From the human T2T-CHM13v2.0 reference genome, Homo sapiens: DNA of 64,000 nt. A program made the position numbers and the translations under genes. Below the pieces are notes generated by a model. That model had not been told where the DNA came from. It made no database searches and worked only from the letters and a program-made list of their open reading frames with translations. The stretch lies in the NCBI RefSeq assembly GCF_009914755.1, contig NC_060937.1, one strand, 5' to 3'. Below, piece by piece: positions 11,531 to 25,894 of this stretch. Within the stretch, counting starts at the first letter, position 1; each line of letters begins with the position of its first letter.

Positions 11531-11947
11531 CTTTTGCAGTTGATACACAGCCATATACTTTGGGATGTATGTTGCACAGAATAACGCAAAGTTAGGGAAC
11601 ATGACATCCCTTTTCATGAGGAAACACAGCATAGCCTTGGTTCCTGGTGTCTCTCTTTTGATCAGTTCAAGGTGGCTGCAAAAGAAATAACATAGGTAGC
11701 CCCAAGAAGACTTTACTAAGGATCATTTCCAAGGTAACCTCTGGGAAATTCTAGTCATTATTAAAGACAGGCTTTGATGGTGACCTTATTTTTATCCTGG
11801 AGGGTGGTGGTCTGTGCCACAGATAATCCATAATAGACCCTGAGCCCTGACATATGAGCCTCATAAACTGTTAATCATGGACCTATTTACTGCATATCTT
11901 CAGCTTTAATCTCCCATGTCATTAAGTCTACATCACAATGTTAAGAA

Positions 11948-12175
11948 GCAATAGCTAATATTTATGAGCATTTATTTACTATTAATACATGTCAGGCATT
12001 TTGCTGAGTATAAATTGATACTTCCCAATAACTATGAAATGGGAGGCCGTTTTATAACTGAGGATACTAAGTTTCGATGAGGTTGAAAGATTTACCCACA
12101 GAATCCCAGCCAGTAAGTGGTACGGTCAGAATTTCGCATGTGTGCTCTCATTCCGTAGTTCTTACTCCCTTTATG
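11948..12175 (-). mobile_element. MIR
   Basis: aatagctaatatttatgagc...gaggttgaaagatttacccacag...cagtaagtgg. Confidence 0.65.
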
Positions 12176-13372
12176 CTGCCCTGCTCTGAGTCTTTGAGTC
12201 ATGAGTTCTCCGAGTCTGGGAAGCAGATGGAGTTTGCAAGCTGGCTTAGAACTTGGGGTAACTTTGCAGAAAAGCTGCCAAATGAAGGAGTTGAAGAAAG
12301 GGAGGAGGCAGGATGTGGTGGAAGTTTTATTCTGTGGTCCAAGGAATCCACAATTTTAAGGGATTCTGGAGAAGAAGAGCCAGACCAAAAATGGCCATTT
12401 AATTGTGAAAGCTACATGGATTTAGGGTATGCTGTATAGAGCAGGGAAATACTAAACTGAAAAATCCACACTGGAATATCTCTGTAAATGGCAAAGTTTG
12501 AGAATAAAAATGTTTGCTTAGCATTTTTTACTCCTTTAATTTCAAAATTAGGCATGATTACTATCCTTACCTTTTTACAATTAGTGTAACATACAACAGA
12601 GAAGTATACAATCTTAAATGTACACTGATCTTTTTGCACGTGTTTATATTTGGGCATCCACAATGCACATAATAACAGAACATTTGTAGTGCCCCACAGG
12701 CTCTTTTGTGTGCCTTTCCAGTAAATTTACTCCCACAGGAAATTACTATTCTGATTTCTTTTACCAAGAATTACATTTGCTTGAGATTCATGCAAATTGA
12801 ATCATAAATGTACTCTTCCTGGGTGGCATATTTTGCTCAACATTATATCTGTGAGAACCATCCATACTGTTACATGTAGCAGTGGTTCATTCTCTGGATT
12901 GCTGTGATCGATTCCACTGTGAATATGCCACAATTTGTTTGCCCACTCTGTTAATGATGGACTTTAGGGTGTTTTCCATATCAGGATTATGAACATCCTT
13001 GTTTATGTCTGGGTGGACACGATAACCCATTTTCTTTGGGTAGTTACCTAGATTGCAGATTAGCAATATTTTCAACTTTAATAAATACTACCAGTTTTTC
13101 AAAATGACTGTGAAAATTTACATTCCCACCAGCAGCATACAAGGGTTACAATTTCTCTATACTCTCACCAACATCAGAATAATCTCTTTTTATATTTTAG
13201 GCATTCTAGTGTAGTGGTACCCCACTGTGGTTTTATTTTATAGTTCGCTGATGCGTAATCATGTTTATCACTTTTTCATATGCTTATTCGCCATTCGTTT
13301 ACCTTCTTCTATGAGGTGCCTTTTCAAGTCATGTGATTTTTTTTTATTAGGTTGTCTACTATTTACTATTGA

Positions 13373-13832
<460 letters not shown>

Positions 13833-14579
13833 TAGAAGTTCTTAATTTTTAATGAAATACCATCTTTCAATCTTTGTATCAGGTTATACTGGCCTCATAA
13901 AATGAATTAGAAAGTGAGCTCTCTTTTTTTCTTCTCTGGGAAAATTTATGTAAGATTGATATTATTTTTCAATAATGCATGAGAAAACATCACCAGCAAA
14001 CTCATCTGAACTTGTAATTCTCTTTGTGAAAAGGTTTTAACTGCAGATTCAATATATTTAACAAGTATAGAATGCTTCACATTTTTTCATTTATTTCTAT
14101 TCTTCTATTTCTGTTTTGCTATGTTTTCAAGGGATTTTTCACACTATCTAAATGAAATGACATAAAGTTGTTTAAAATGTCCTCTTATGATTTTACTGTC
14201 TGTAGGATCTATAATGATGCCCCATTTTATTTCTAGTAATGTCACTCAAGTTTTGTCTTTAAAAAAAACACTATTGCCACAGGTTTACTAATTTTATTAA
14301 TATCTTTTTTAAAAGTAACTTTTGGTTTTGTTGAATGTCTTTATTGTTGGTGAACTTTTAATTTTCATTGATTTCTTCTCTTATCTCCATTTACCTTTTT
14401 AGTTTGGTTTGATGTTCTTTTTCTAGCATTCTGAAAGAGAAGCTTAGATTGCTTATTTTCAAGCTTTTGATTTTTCTAATATATGCATTTAGTGTCATAA
14501 ATTCCACTTTAAGGACTTCTCCTACATCCTGTAGTTTTTGAAGTCATATTATTTTTATTCATTTAAAAATATGTTCTAA

Positions 14580-14789
14580 TCCTGGCTAACATGGTGAAAC
14601 CCTGTCTCTACTAAAAATACAAAAAATTTAGCCGGGCATGGTGGTGGGTGCCTGTAGTCCCAGCTACTTGGGAGGCTGAGGCAAGACAATGGTGTGAACC
14701 CAGTAGGCAGAGCTTACAGTGAGTCAAGATCACGCCACTGCACTCCAGCCTGGGTAACAGAGTGAGACTCCATCTCAAAAAGAAAAAAA
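14580..14789 (+). mobile_element. 5'-truncated Alu (Y-like)
   Basis: Starts at cctggctaacatggtgaaacc; GTTCTAAT on both flanks. Confidence 0.9.
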
Positions 14790-15599
14790 GTTCTAATTGA
14801 TTTTTTTTACTTCCTCCTTGATTTTTTGTTATTAATATGTATATTATTTAATTTTCAAGCATTATTTATATTCTGGTGCTAATTTCTAGTTTAATGCCAC
14901 TGTGATCAGTGAAAAACATTTATATGATTGAAACCTTTGAAATATGTTTAAGAGTGACTTTGGCTCGGAATATGTTCTATTTGGAAAATGTTCCATGAAC
15001 ATTAAAAAATAGTATATTCTTCAGTAGTTTGGTGAAGTGTTCTCTACATGTTGATTAGTTTCAGTCCTTTCATACTGTCGTAAAAATAATCTATATCAGA
15101 ACTGTCTAATAGAAATATAATGTGAGCCACATATGTAATTTTAAAATCTTAGTGGCAATATTTAAAAAGGTAAAATAAAAAAGAAATTGATTTTAATAAT
15201 ATATTATATTTGAAACAATATATTCAAAATACTATCATTTCAATATTTAATCAATTTTGTTATTAAGAAATATTTTACTTTTCCTGTCCTGTCTTTAAAA
15301 TTGAGGATGTGTTTTACACTGACAGTGTATCTCATTTAAAATGCTAACTTTTTATCTGAACTATTTGATTTATATTAATTCATAAAATTACAGTTGAAGA
15401 AGCAGATTCATATACCCAAGATGTTCAAAATACACTTAAACACTTTCCAGTAACTTTAACTACTAAGAATCATTTTCCATTAATAATCTCACTCACATTA
15501 ACAGCATTTGTTGAGGTTTTTTTCTATAAAAATTGATTTGACTTTTAAGCAAAAGTATATTAGTTTTAAAATTGTGTTTTCCAAGTTAAATTTACTAAA

Positions 15600-16845
15600 T
15601 CTTGTGTCAATAGAATATTATTAATATTTAATTCAAAGAGTGTTGCATAAACTGAGTGATTATTCTAAATTTATTAATTTCAAAAATAATTCTTTGAATT
15701 TTCCTTAAAGATTTTGAAGCCAGTTTACATAATGTTGTTAACAATTAACATATTCTTTATGCTGATTTATGCTAAAATATATGAAATAATTATTGCTCAT
15801 TTGTATGATGAAAAGTTTTAATTTCAACATTTCAACATATATTTTTGATTTTGTCTAGTTAGGTCAGAAATTAGCTTTTCCTTTCCTTGGAACTTCAAAT
15901 TTAGCTCATTAATGTGCAGTATAATATTAGTGAGAAAACAAGTTACTGTCATTTTTTGTCTTTGACTATTAAACATTTAGCAAGCATTTCTTTTGCTTTA
16001 AGAAAATACAGAATTAGATTCAAAAGTATAGTAAATCCGTGTAAAACTTTTCCACCATTTAACAAGTGAACATTAGAAAAAAATCCAAGATTATTAGATT
16101 GTCTCATTTCTTACAACAGTTCTACAAATTGCAAATTGGTGATCCATAACATTTGTGCATATATACTAAATGATTTTAATAGTAATATCCATGACACTTT
16201 TGATAGTTTGCTTCAAAAACTGGAGTTACAGATATTTTCAATATGTGTCATGCAGTAGAATGAAGCAATTAGAGAAATGTCAGGCCCACATTAAATATCA
16301 GTAAATCTTTATCATTGACCTAACATAGCTGGAACATTGACAACTGTGATAGAACAAATTTTTTATATCTATCTGAAATCATTCTTTGAAAAATATGAAA
16401 GTTCCAAAAATATTAATGACAGGAGTTAAATTTTTTAGAATGCACATTGAAATTTCTTTAAAAAAACTGAAATATTTTGAGACAAAGCATAGCCAAAGTG
16501 TTAAATGGGCAGCATTTTATATTATACAACTCATCTAAAGCTTAACTATAAACCTGAAATGTTTAAAATTTTGAATCAATTAATCATTGCTATTGTTAGA
16601 AACATCTTGTATTCTCCAGGTGATTTTTTGGTAGCTTAATTGAAGATCTTTCCACTTTTGTAAAATAATTCTTTGAGTATTTTTCTTTTAACTTTCTAAC
16701 CAAATTTACATAAGTGAAATAGTGATTTATTTTGCCATCTCTTCATCACAATATTGTTTTGTTTGGGTATGTGTGTTCAAAAGTATAGGCTTCTTTATAG
16801 GGGGCCAAGAATATAAGCTCAGATTCTGTTAAAAATATTTCTCAA
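15600..16845 (-). pseudogene. Decayed hAT (Charlie/Buster-type) transposase
   Basis: Manual minus-strand translation: YS*ALDE (~16530-16550), FYCMTHIENIC (CxxH, 16228-16260), VHLLNGGKVLHGF (RWLS-like, ~16030-16070), CFLTNIILHINELNLKFQGKEKLI (~15868-15940). Confidence 0.75.
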
Positions 16846-16847
16846 AG

Positions 16848-17138
<291 letters not shown>

Positions 17139-17234
17139 TTCTTAAAAATGTTTTAGACATTTGCTTCTAATTTCAAGTGATTTACTTGTAACACAATGTC
17201 TTATTTCAAGACATTTACTTCTAATTTCAAGTAG

Positions 17235-18950
17235 GTAAGTGAACTTAAAGTGCATTATTAGTGGTTTCACTAATAATGTAAGAAAATTATAACAGTTTAA
17301 ATTCACTTAACTCTTTCTCATCTTTTGCACTAATGTTGCATACAGTTTACTTTACATAGGTTTTTAATTATGTATTGTAATTATAATCAATATTTATTTA
17401 CATTTATCTTTCAGGGGTACTCTTTGTTCTTTTCTACACCATATTCTCCAGTTTTCCTTGTCTGAAAATGTCTTTATCTCATTTTCCTTTTTAAGGACAT
17501 TTTGGCTAGGTATAAAATTACAGGTTAAGTTTTTCATTAAACACTTTAAATATATTGCTACTATTTTTTATATTCCCTGGGCTATTTTTTTTTGTTTGAC
17601 AAGTGGGCAATATCCTTACTGCTGTCTCCCTAAAGGTGATGTGTTTTATTTTCTGAGACTGCTTTTGTTCTCATTGTATTTTATTTTCTCCCACTTGAAC
17701 ATAGTATGACTACATGTGATTTTCTTTGCATTTATTTGACTTGGGCTTCTTAAACCTGTAAGTTGATGTCTTTTAAGCTATTTGGGAAATTTGTTTAGAT
17801 AATGCTTTTATCCCATTAATTTTCTTCTATTCTCCTAGGATTCCAATTACAGATTTACTACATCTTTTCAAAATTTCCCATGTGCCTTTCAAATTCTTTT
17901 CTATGTTTTACATGTTTTTTCTGTGTGTGTCATTATGAAAACTTGCTACTGACCTATCTTTCAGATAACAAATATTGTTTTCATGCTGCTGTTATTCTCA
18001 TCTCTTGAAATTTTAATTTTAGTTATTTTAAGTTTTATTTATAGAATTTCAGTTTTGCTTTTTTATGGATTCCAGTTATCTGCTGAAATTTTTTCTCTTC
18101 TGTTATTTTGAATATATGAATCATAATTATTCAAACATACCTGTCTGAAAACTCCAGTAAGTAAATCTTCTCTGGGTCTGCTTCTATCATTTGTTATTTC
18201 TCTTAGTTTCAAGTGCATTGTTTCTGTTTTGTATCATGCTTTGTATTTTTAATTGAATGCCACATTGTGTATATAAACTTGGGGAAACTGTAACTTTGTT
18301 TTATTCCTGAAAAAAAAACTGTATTTTTATTTTGGAAGGCCGATAGAGTACCAGCCGATCATTTTAATCCTGTCATGGGTGTGGCCCTTCTGAGGTCACA
18401 ACTATAAGCCTTTGTTGTTGTTGTTTTTAAGCCTCTCATAACTTATGAAACTTAAACTGCAATCTCTGCTTCTACAGAACGAGCCAGATGCTAAAATATT
18501 TATCCTTCAACTTGATGCATTCTACTGGGTTTTTTGCAGTCATATCCTGTATTTGAGTATCTTGAAAGTCAAGCCTAGAAGAAAATTTACATTCAGATTT
18601 TGTTGTTTCTTCCTCTGTGCCTTTCTCCTTTCTGCAAGTTTTGCCTTTCAATTTCTGGCTGCCCTGACAGTCTTCGTCTCCTGTTTATGTCTCAGTCAAG
18701 AAAAACAGTTCCCATTGCACAGAACTCACTCATAGCATGGAAAACTAGAACGTGCCCTCAAAGAAAGCTATGAAAATGTGGATCTCATTCTTTTAAGGAT
18801 GTACTCCTTTCAGTTTTTGCCATCTCTCATGGCTTTCCAGTGCCTTCAGATTTTTTAAGTTGGATTTGTCCAGCTCTTATAATTATTATTGGCAGAAGAC
18901 TTCATTCCATATCGGCTACTCTGTCATGATATGCACCAGACTCTAGTTCC
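17235..18950 (-). mobile_element. Ancient L1M ORF1 / 5' region, probably the continuation of 12570-15095
   Basis: ttgtctgaaaatgtctttat...ttttggctaggtataaaatt is typical antisense L1M ORF1. Confidence 0.65.
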
Positions 18951-19202
18951 TTGTCCATAAAAAGAGCTACCCAGTGATGCCTTGGACTTCCTTTTTTCCT
19001 TGAACATTTTGCTTTTATCTTTTTCCTAGGTTTCCAGCACAAGATTTATTAAGTTTTATTTTTGTTTCACTTATCAAGTATAAACCCAGGGAAAGACCTA
19101 AGCAATGATATTGGTAATAAGAAGTCTGGACAATATGACACTGTCTGGAAATGTTTTGATAGTTGTGAACATGTGTTATAAATTTAAAATATCTAGGATT
19201 TA

Positions 19203-21296
19203 CCTCTCGTGCCACTCCTGTTCAACATAGTATTGTAGGTCCTGGCCAAAGCAATCAGGCAGGAGAATGAAATAAGGGACATCCAAATAGGAAAAAAGAA
19301 ATTCAAACTATCCCTGTTTGCAGGCAACATGATTGTATTTCTAGAAAACCCAATAGTCTCATCCCAAAAGCACCTTCAGCTGATAAACAACTTTGGCAAA
19401 CTTTCAGGATACAAAATCAATGTATAAAAATTACTAGCATTTATATACATCAGCAACAGCCAAGCTGAGAACTAAATCGGGAACACAATCCAATTCACAA
19501 CTGCCACAAAAAAAAATACCTACAAATACAGATAACCAGGGAGGTGAAATATCTCTATAAGAAGAATTACAAAACACTGCTCAAAGAAATTAGAGATGAA
19601 ACACACAAATGGAAAAACATTCCATGCTAGGAAGAATCAAAATCATTAAAAATGGCCATACTGCCCAAAGGAATTTACAGATTCAATGCTATTCCTATCA
19701 TACTACCAATAATATTCTTCATAGAACTAGAGAAAACTATTAAAATTCATATGGAACCAAAAAAGAGCCCAAATAGCCAAAGAAATGCTAAGCAAAAAGA
19801 ACAAAGCTGGAGGCATCACATTACCCAACTTCAAACTATACTACAGGGCTACAGTAACCAAAACAGCATGGTACTCATACAAAAACAGACATACAAACTA
19901 ATGGAACAGAATCTATTTCAAGCCCAGAAATAAGGCTGCACACATATGACCATCTGATCTCCAACATACAACCATTTGATCTCCAATGAAGCTGACAAAA
20001 ACAAGCCATGAAGAAAGGACTTCCTATTCTATAAATGGTACTGGGATAACTGGCTAGCCATATGCAGAAGATTGAAACTGGACTCCTTCCTTACACCTTA
20101 CAAAAATCTACTCAAGATGGACCAAAGACTTAAATGTAAAACCCAAAACTATAAAAGTCCTGGAAGACAACCTAGGTAATGCCATTCTGGTCATAGAAAC
20201 AGGAAAAAATTTTGTGACGAAGTCACCAAAAGCTATTGCAACAAAAACAAAAATTGACAAGTGGGACCTAATTAAACTAAAGAGCTTCTGCATAGCAAAA
20301 GAAACTATCAACAGAGTGGACAGGCAACCTAAAAAGTGGGAGAAAATATTTGCAAACTATGTATCTGACAAAGTTCCAATATCCAACATCTATAAGGAAT
20401 GTAAACAAATTTACAAGAAAAAAACAAACAATCTTATTAAAAAGTGGGGAAAGGACATGAACAGACACTTTTCAAAAGAAGACTTACATGTAGCCAGCAA
20501 GCCTATGAAAAAAAAACTCAATATCACTAATCATTAGAAAAATGCAAATCAAAGCCACAATCGGATACCATCTCACACTCGTCAGAATGGCTATTATTAA
20601 AAAGTAAAAAAATAAATAAATAACAGATGCTGGCAAGGTTACAGAGAAAAGGTAACAGTTATGCACTCTTGGTGAGAGTGCAATTTAGTTCAACTATTCT
20701 GGAAAACAGTGTGACAATTCCTCAGAGAGCTAAAAACAGAATTACCATTGGACCCAGCAACCCCATTACTAAATATAAACTCAAAGGACTATAAATCATT
20801 CTACCATAAAGACACATGCATGCGAATGTTTATTGCAGCACTATTCACAATAGAAAAGACTTGGAATCAACTTCAATACCCATCAAAGACAGATTGGTGA
20901 AAGAAAATGTGGTACATATACACCATGGAATATTATACAGCCATAAAAAAGAATGAAATCCTATCTTTTGCGGGAACATATATGGAACTGGAAGCCGTTA
21001 CCCTCAGCAAAATAATGCAGGAGAAGAAAATGAAATACCACATGTTCTCACTTACAAGTGGGAGCTACATGATGAGAACTCATGAACACAAAGAGGGGAA
21101 CAACATACACTAGCCCCTACTTGAGGGAGGACGGGGGGAGGAAGAAGAAGATAAAAAAAAAAATAACTATTGGGTACTAGGATTAGCACCTGAGTGATTA
21201 AATAATCTGTACCATAAACCCCCATGACACAAGTTTACCTACATAACAAACCTGCACATGTATCCCTGAACCTAAAATAAAAGTTAAAAAAAAAAG
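19203..21296 (+). mobile_element. 5'-truncated L1PA (13-15-like): ORF2 RT to C-terminus plus 3' UTR
   Basis: ORF fragments [47 protein letters not shown]; 3' end cacaagtttacctacataacaaacctgcac...aataaaagtt and A-tail. Confidence 0.93.
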
Positions 21297-21479
21297 CATT
21301 TAAAAAAATAAATGTTTTGAATTTAGGTCAGAGATGTCACTGTAAGTTTCATTTGTCTTCTATTTCCTGACGGTGCACCTGCTGCATTTCATGAGGTGCA
21401 AGTTGTTATAGTAGAGAGGAGGAAGTTGCATTAGTTATGGGCTTGTAGAATGTAGAGAGAGACTTAAGTAAAAAGTTTT

Positions 21480-23405
21480 ACAGGGAAAAAATAAAACTGT
21501 CATTACACAAGAAGGCATAAGAAATATTCTGTAGAATCTTTAAAAAGATTAAAATTAATATGTGATTTTAGCAAGGTCCCTAAATTTAAGGTGGATATAT
21601 TTAAAAATGAAAAATAAAATTTAATAAATAATACTCTTTATAATAGTACCTGAAGCATCAGTTATGTGATGTGCAAAACCTCTACACACAGCCTGTTAAA
21701 AGATTTTTAAAAAATTAAAGACCTACATAAACAGAGAGATATATTGTATTCATGTAGTTGAAGACTCAAATTGTAAATTTGTCAATTTTACACAAAGTTT
21801 AATGGCAATCACAAATAAAACTTTAGCATCATTTTAAATAACATGATCAAGCTGATTCTGAAACTTAAATGAAAATATGAAGGGGCAACTATAGTCAAGG
21901 AATCCTGAATAATAAAACTAGAGGATTTATACTGCCAGTAATCGAGACCTATTCTAAACCACAGCAATTAAGACAAGGTGGTATCAGTGCAATGATAAAC
22001 AAATAGACCAATAGAACAAACCAGAGAGTCCAAAAACAGACCTACAGTTACACTATTACCTGATTTATGATAAAGTGGCACTGTCCTACAATGTAAAAAG
22101 ATCATCTTTTCACAAAATCGTGCTGGGTCAACTGTATAAATGTTTTAAAAAGGGTAGATTGACCCATACATCACACTTTACACAAAAATTATTCAAGATT
22201 TACTGCAAATATAAATGTAACAGGTAAAATAATAAAGCTTTCTGAATAAACATAGGAAAACATTTGTATGACCTTGGTGTACACCACATTTTTAAAAACA
22301 AGACAAATAACCATGAGGGAAAAATATAAGTGATAATGATAATAGCCCCTGTCAACAACTCACAGTTAACAGACTGGAAAGACAACTGGCAGAGTTAGAG
22401 AAGTTGTTTGCAAAACATGTACCTATCAAGAGAATCATATCCAGAATCCATAAAGAACTCTTGCAAATCAATACAGAAAATATAGACAACCCAATAGAAA
22501 AATGGGCAAAAGGTTTGAACCAGCACTCCACAAAAGAGGATATCTAAACGGTCAATGAACATTTGAAAATATACTCAAAAGAACTACTCAGCATTCAAAG
22601 GGCATTGAGATTATACAACCCCACAAAATAGTTTAAATGATTGTGTGTGAGTATGGACATAAAAAGACAGAGAATATTGAGAAAATACCAATTAGAGCAT
22701 TCATACAGTGAGTGGGAGTGGAAATTGAAAAACCTACTTTGGAAAACTGTTTGTCAGTATCAGCTAAAGTAGAACATAGGTATGCCCATCATTTGGTTAT
22801 TCCATACCTACATACATACTCAGAAGTAACATGCTCATATGTCCTCCAAAAGAAATGTGCAACTATTAGGTTAGTGCAAAAGTAATTGTGGTTTTTGCCA
22901 TTACTTTTAATGTCATTACTTTTAATGGCAAAAACTGCAACACTTTTGCACCAACCACCTAATAATACATTCTTAATAATGCTAACTGCAATAGCACAAA
23001 ACAAGAGGCTATCCAAATGGTCATTAAGAGAAGAATGGATAAATACATTTTGTTATAGTCACATAGTGGAATAGGTTATAGCAATAACAAGGGAAAACTA
23101 CACCTATGTTCATGTGGACGTTTGAGTAAATTTCACAAACATAATAATGTTCAAAAGAACACAAAATAGATACAAATGGTATATACTGTATAATTTCATT
23201 TACATAAATATCAAAAGCAAGGAAAACCAATCTATGTTGTTAGAAGATAAGGTGTTTTACTTCCCAAAACTAATAAATACAGAAAGGTATCTGGGTGCTG
23301 GTTACACAGGCATATACATACACATGTTTTAAAATTCATTGAACATTTGTGATTTAAGCACTTCTCTAGATTTTGTTATATTTCAATTAAAAACTAAAAC
23401 AAAAA
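21480..23405 (+). mobile_element. Ancient L1M ORF2 3' part and 3' UTR
   Basis: aatagaccaatagaacaaaccagagagtcc, gacaacccaatagaaaaatgggcaaa, ctactttggaaaactgtttg. Confidence 0.8.
22866..22962. mobile_element. MADE1 (Hsmar1-derived MITE) with duplicated central spacer
   Basis: TTAGGTTAGTGCAAAAGTAATTGTGGTTTTTGCC ... GGCAAAAACTGCAACACTTTTGCACCAACCACCTAA; TA flanks at 22864-65 and 22963-64. Confidence 0.95.
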
Positions 23406-23989
23406 ATTAAATCCATTAAAAGCAAAAACAGGAAGAAAAAGCCTTTGGAAACCTCGTAGATATCTTGATGTCCAACAATGCTCCTGTATCCCATATCCTG
23501 CACCTATGATGGAATCTTTATTCTGAAGCCATTGGAATTAACTGAAGAAAGAAGGAACCATTCTTGGCATATTGTGCTCCTGAAACACAGCTGGCCATGG
23601 AAAACAGGTTTGGAGCCAGAGCTCTGAAAGTCAAAATAGGAAAGTTAACAAAGCTCCCAGGAAGAGCCATCATCCAGGATAGGTTATTTTCCCAAAGACC
23701 CTTTGGTGAGTACAATTAACTGATGTCTTCTCAGAGAGTTCATGGAGGATTAGTGGAGGTGATCACACCTGAAATAGCAAGATACATTTGATCAAACCAA
23801 TTCAGTAATATTACTCTAATGGAAAAGATGTCTCCAAAAGGATGAAACATTTTTAAGAGGTAAGTTAGCCTTGGGAGCTTTTTTATATTTAAATATAACT
23901 ATATTGGTGTCTAATATTTTAGAAATGTACTTATTCAGAAGGGAGAATACATAACTATTATAATTCAGACCTTTCCTACTTGATGGTGA

Positions 23990-24225
23990 TGATAATGTTG
24001 GAATTATAATCGCTAAATCTTTTTGAGTATTTACTAAGTACCAGGCACAGTGGTAAGTGATTTGTACATATCTCTCACTTAAAATTTCAACAACGCTAAA
24101 GCTACTACTACTTTTTTCACTGAGAAGAAAACTAAAGTTTAGAGTTTCCCTGATGTCACTCATCTCAGTAGAGCAGACACTCTACCCAAGACTAAATTCC
24201 AAAGGTGATGCTCTTTATTACCACT
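23990..24225 (-). mobile_element. MIR
   Basis: tttgagtatttactaagtaccaggcacagtg...tgagaagaaaactaaag. Confidence 0.65.
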
Positions 24226-24799
24226 TTGAAAATGGAGAAACACTTGGCTTTCAGAGTATTTCTCTGCACATTAATGTGCTCAGGTGTCACAAGGAAGCAG
24301 CTACTCAAATGAAGCAGCTATTCTCAATCAATTTACAAAGATGAGCCTCAAAGATAAATCATAGAGTTCAGATAATGTGCCTGATAATATTCTAAATAAG
24401 TTTGTTGTCATTCTTTAAAAAGTGGGTGCTAATCGCTGAAAATTTTTAAATTCTTTGTATCCGAGTCTATTCTCAAACACCACATTTCTCCAACCTGTGG
24501 TATGTCATCTTCTGCACGTGAAGAATATTTATCTTAAACATACAAAAATCAGCATTGAAAGGCATTTAACCCAAAGTAGAGTTTAACACTTATCTGTAAC
24601 TAAAGTACTGGAGAATTAATAGTTCTGATAGTTTATATTTTTTTAATTTTGCAAATCTGTATCACCCATGTCTGCCGATTTTATCTCCAACATTTAGCCA
24701 GCCAATTCATTAGAATTAAATTTGGCAAGCCTCTGGGAGTATTAGAAAATCTGTTTCTGAGGCTCTAGAAGATTTTGGCTTTGTCTACATGAGACCAAC

Positions 24800-25182
24800 T
24801 ATTTTAGTCTGCTCAAGCTGCCATAGCAAAATACATTGACTGGGTGGCTTAAACAACAGAAACTTATTTTCTCACAGTTCTGGAGGCTGGGAAGCCCAAG
24901 ACAAACTTCCAGCCAATTTTGTTTCTAGTGACGGTTCTAGTCCTGGCTTGCAGATCCTCGAGGTAAGTTCACACAGCCTTTCCTTGGTGTGGGAAGTTGC
25001 GGGGGAGTAGGACTCTCTGGTGTCTCTTCTTATAAAGGTCACTAATCCCATCATGAGGACCCCTCCTCATAACCTCATTTAACATAATTATCTCCCAAGG
25101 CCCCAACTCCAAATACCAGTATATTGGGAATTAGAGCTTCAACTATGAATCTGGGGGAAGCACAGACATTCAGTTCATAACA
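24800..25182 (-). mobile_element. MLT1A-family MaLR solo LTR
   Basis: Antisense MLT1A motifs; 5-bp TSD CCAAC at 24795-99 and 25183-87. Confidence 0.88.
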
Positions 25183-25771
25183 CCAACTAATGAAAGTTTT
25201 GAAACTCAGACCATCTCTATTAATTCTGTCTCTTCCCCCTCTCTGTCCCTGTAACATGTAACTCGCATGAGTGCACGCACAAACACAGCTATTTGAACTT
25301 AATTTTTCCTAAGGTGACCATTTGTTTTTCTCATCAAAAAAAAAAAAAGAGGCATGATGCTGTCTGCAGAAAGTGTTTTCACAGATGTCTCTCTAGAAAC
25401 CTTGGCATTGGGATGTAAGGACGTGATACAGGTTTGGATCACTTCCGCAAAATGGAGCTGAGTAAAATCCCACGAGGTTTGGCTTTTACATCATTTCCCA
25501 AGGCCAACAAATCATTTCTGTTACCTCCTCTCTACCACCTCCATCCACAATGAAGCTATAGGAAGTAAGAAAGTTAACTAGCAATTCCTAAGCAAAATGC
25601 CTCATTAACCTTTTGCATTGTCCAATATCATATTTGTATATTAAAAATTAGACTAATATGTGGGGGAAAATCATTAAGTATATTTTTATTTTTAAGCTGT
25701 TCTTCACAATAATTTATGACCTTTTAATTATCTATTATAATTTCTATATTTTCATTATCTCTGATGACCAT

Positions 25772-25830
25772 ATTTATTATTATTATTATATTATAATATA
25801 TTATAATATATTATATTATATTATATTATG
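25772..25830. repeat. (TTA)/(TATTA) AT-rich simple repeat
   Basis: Visible directly. Confidence 0.85.
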
Positions 25831-25894
25831 TGTTATGCTCAGAGAATATGATGTGTTGAGCCTTCCATTAGGGCTTGGTACATAGTAATTTTTT

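Noticed and set aside
19946-19990. Short tandem duplication (accatctgatctccaa / accatttgatctccaa) in the L1
   Set aside because: Ordinary slippage in a dead element
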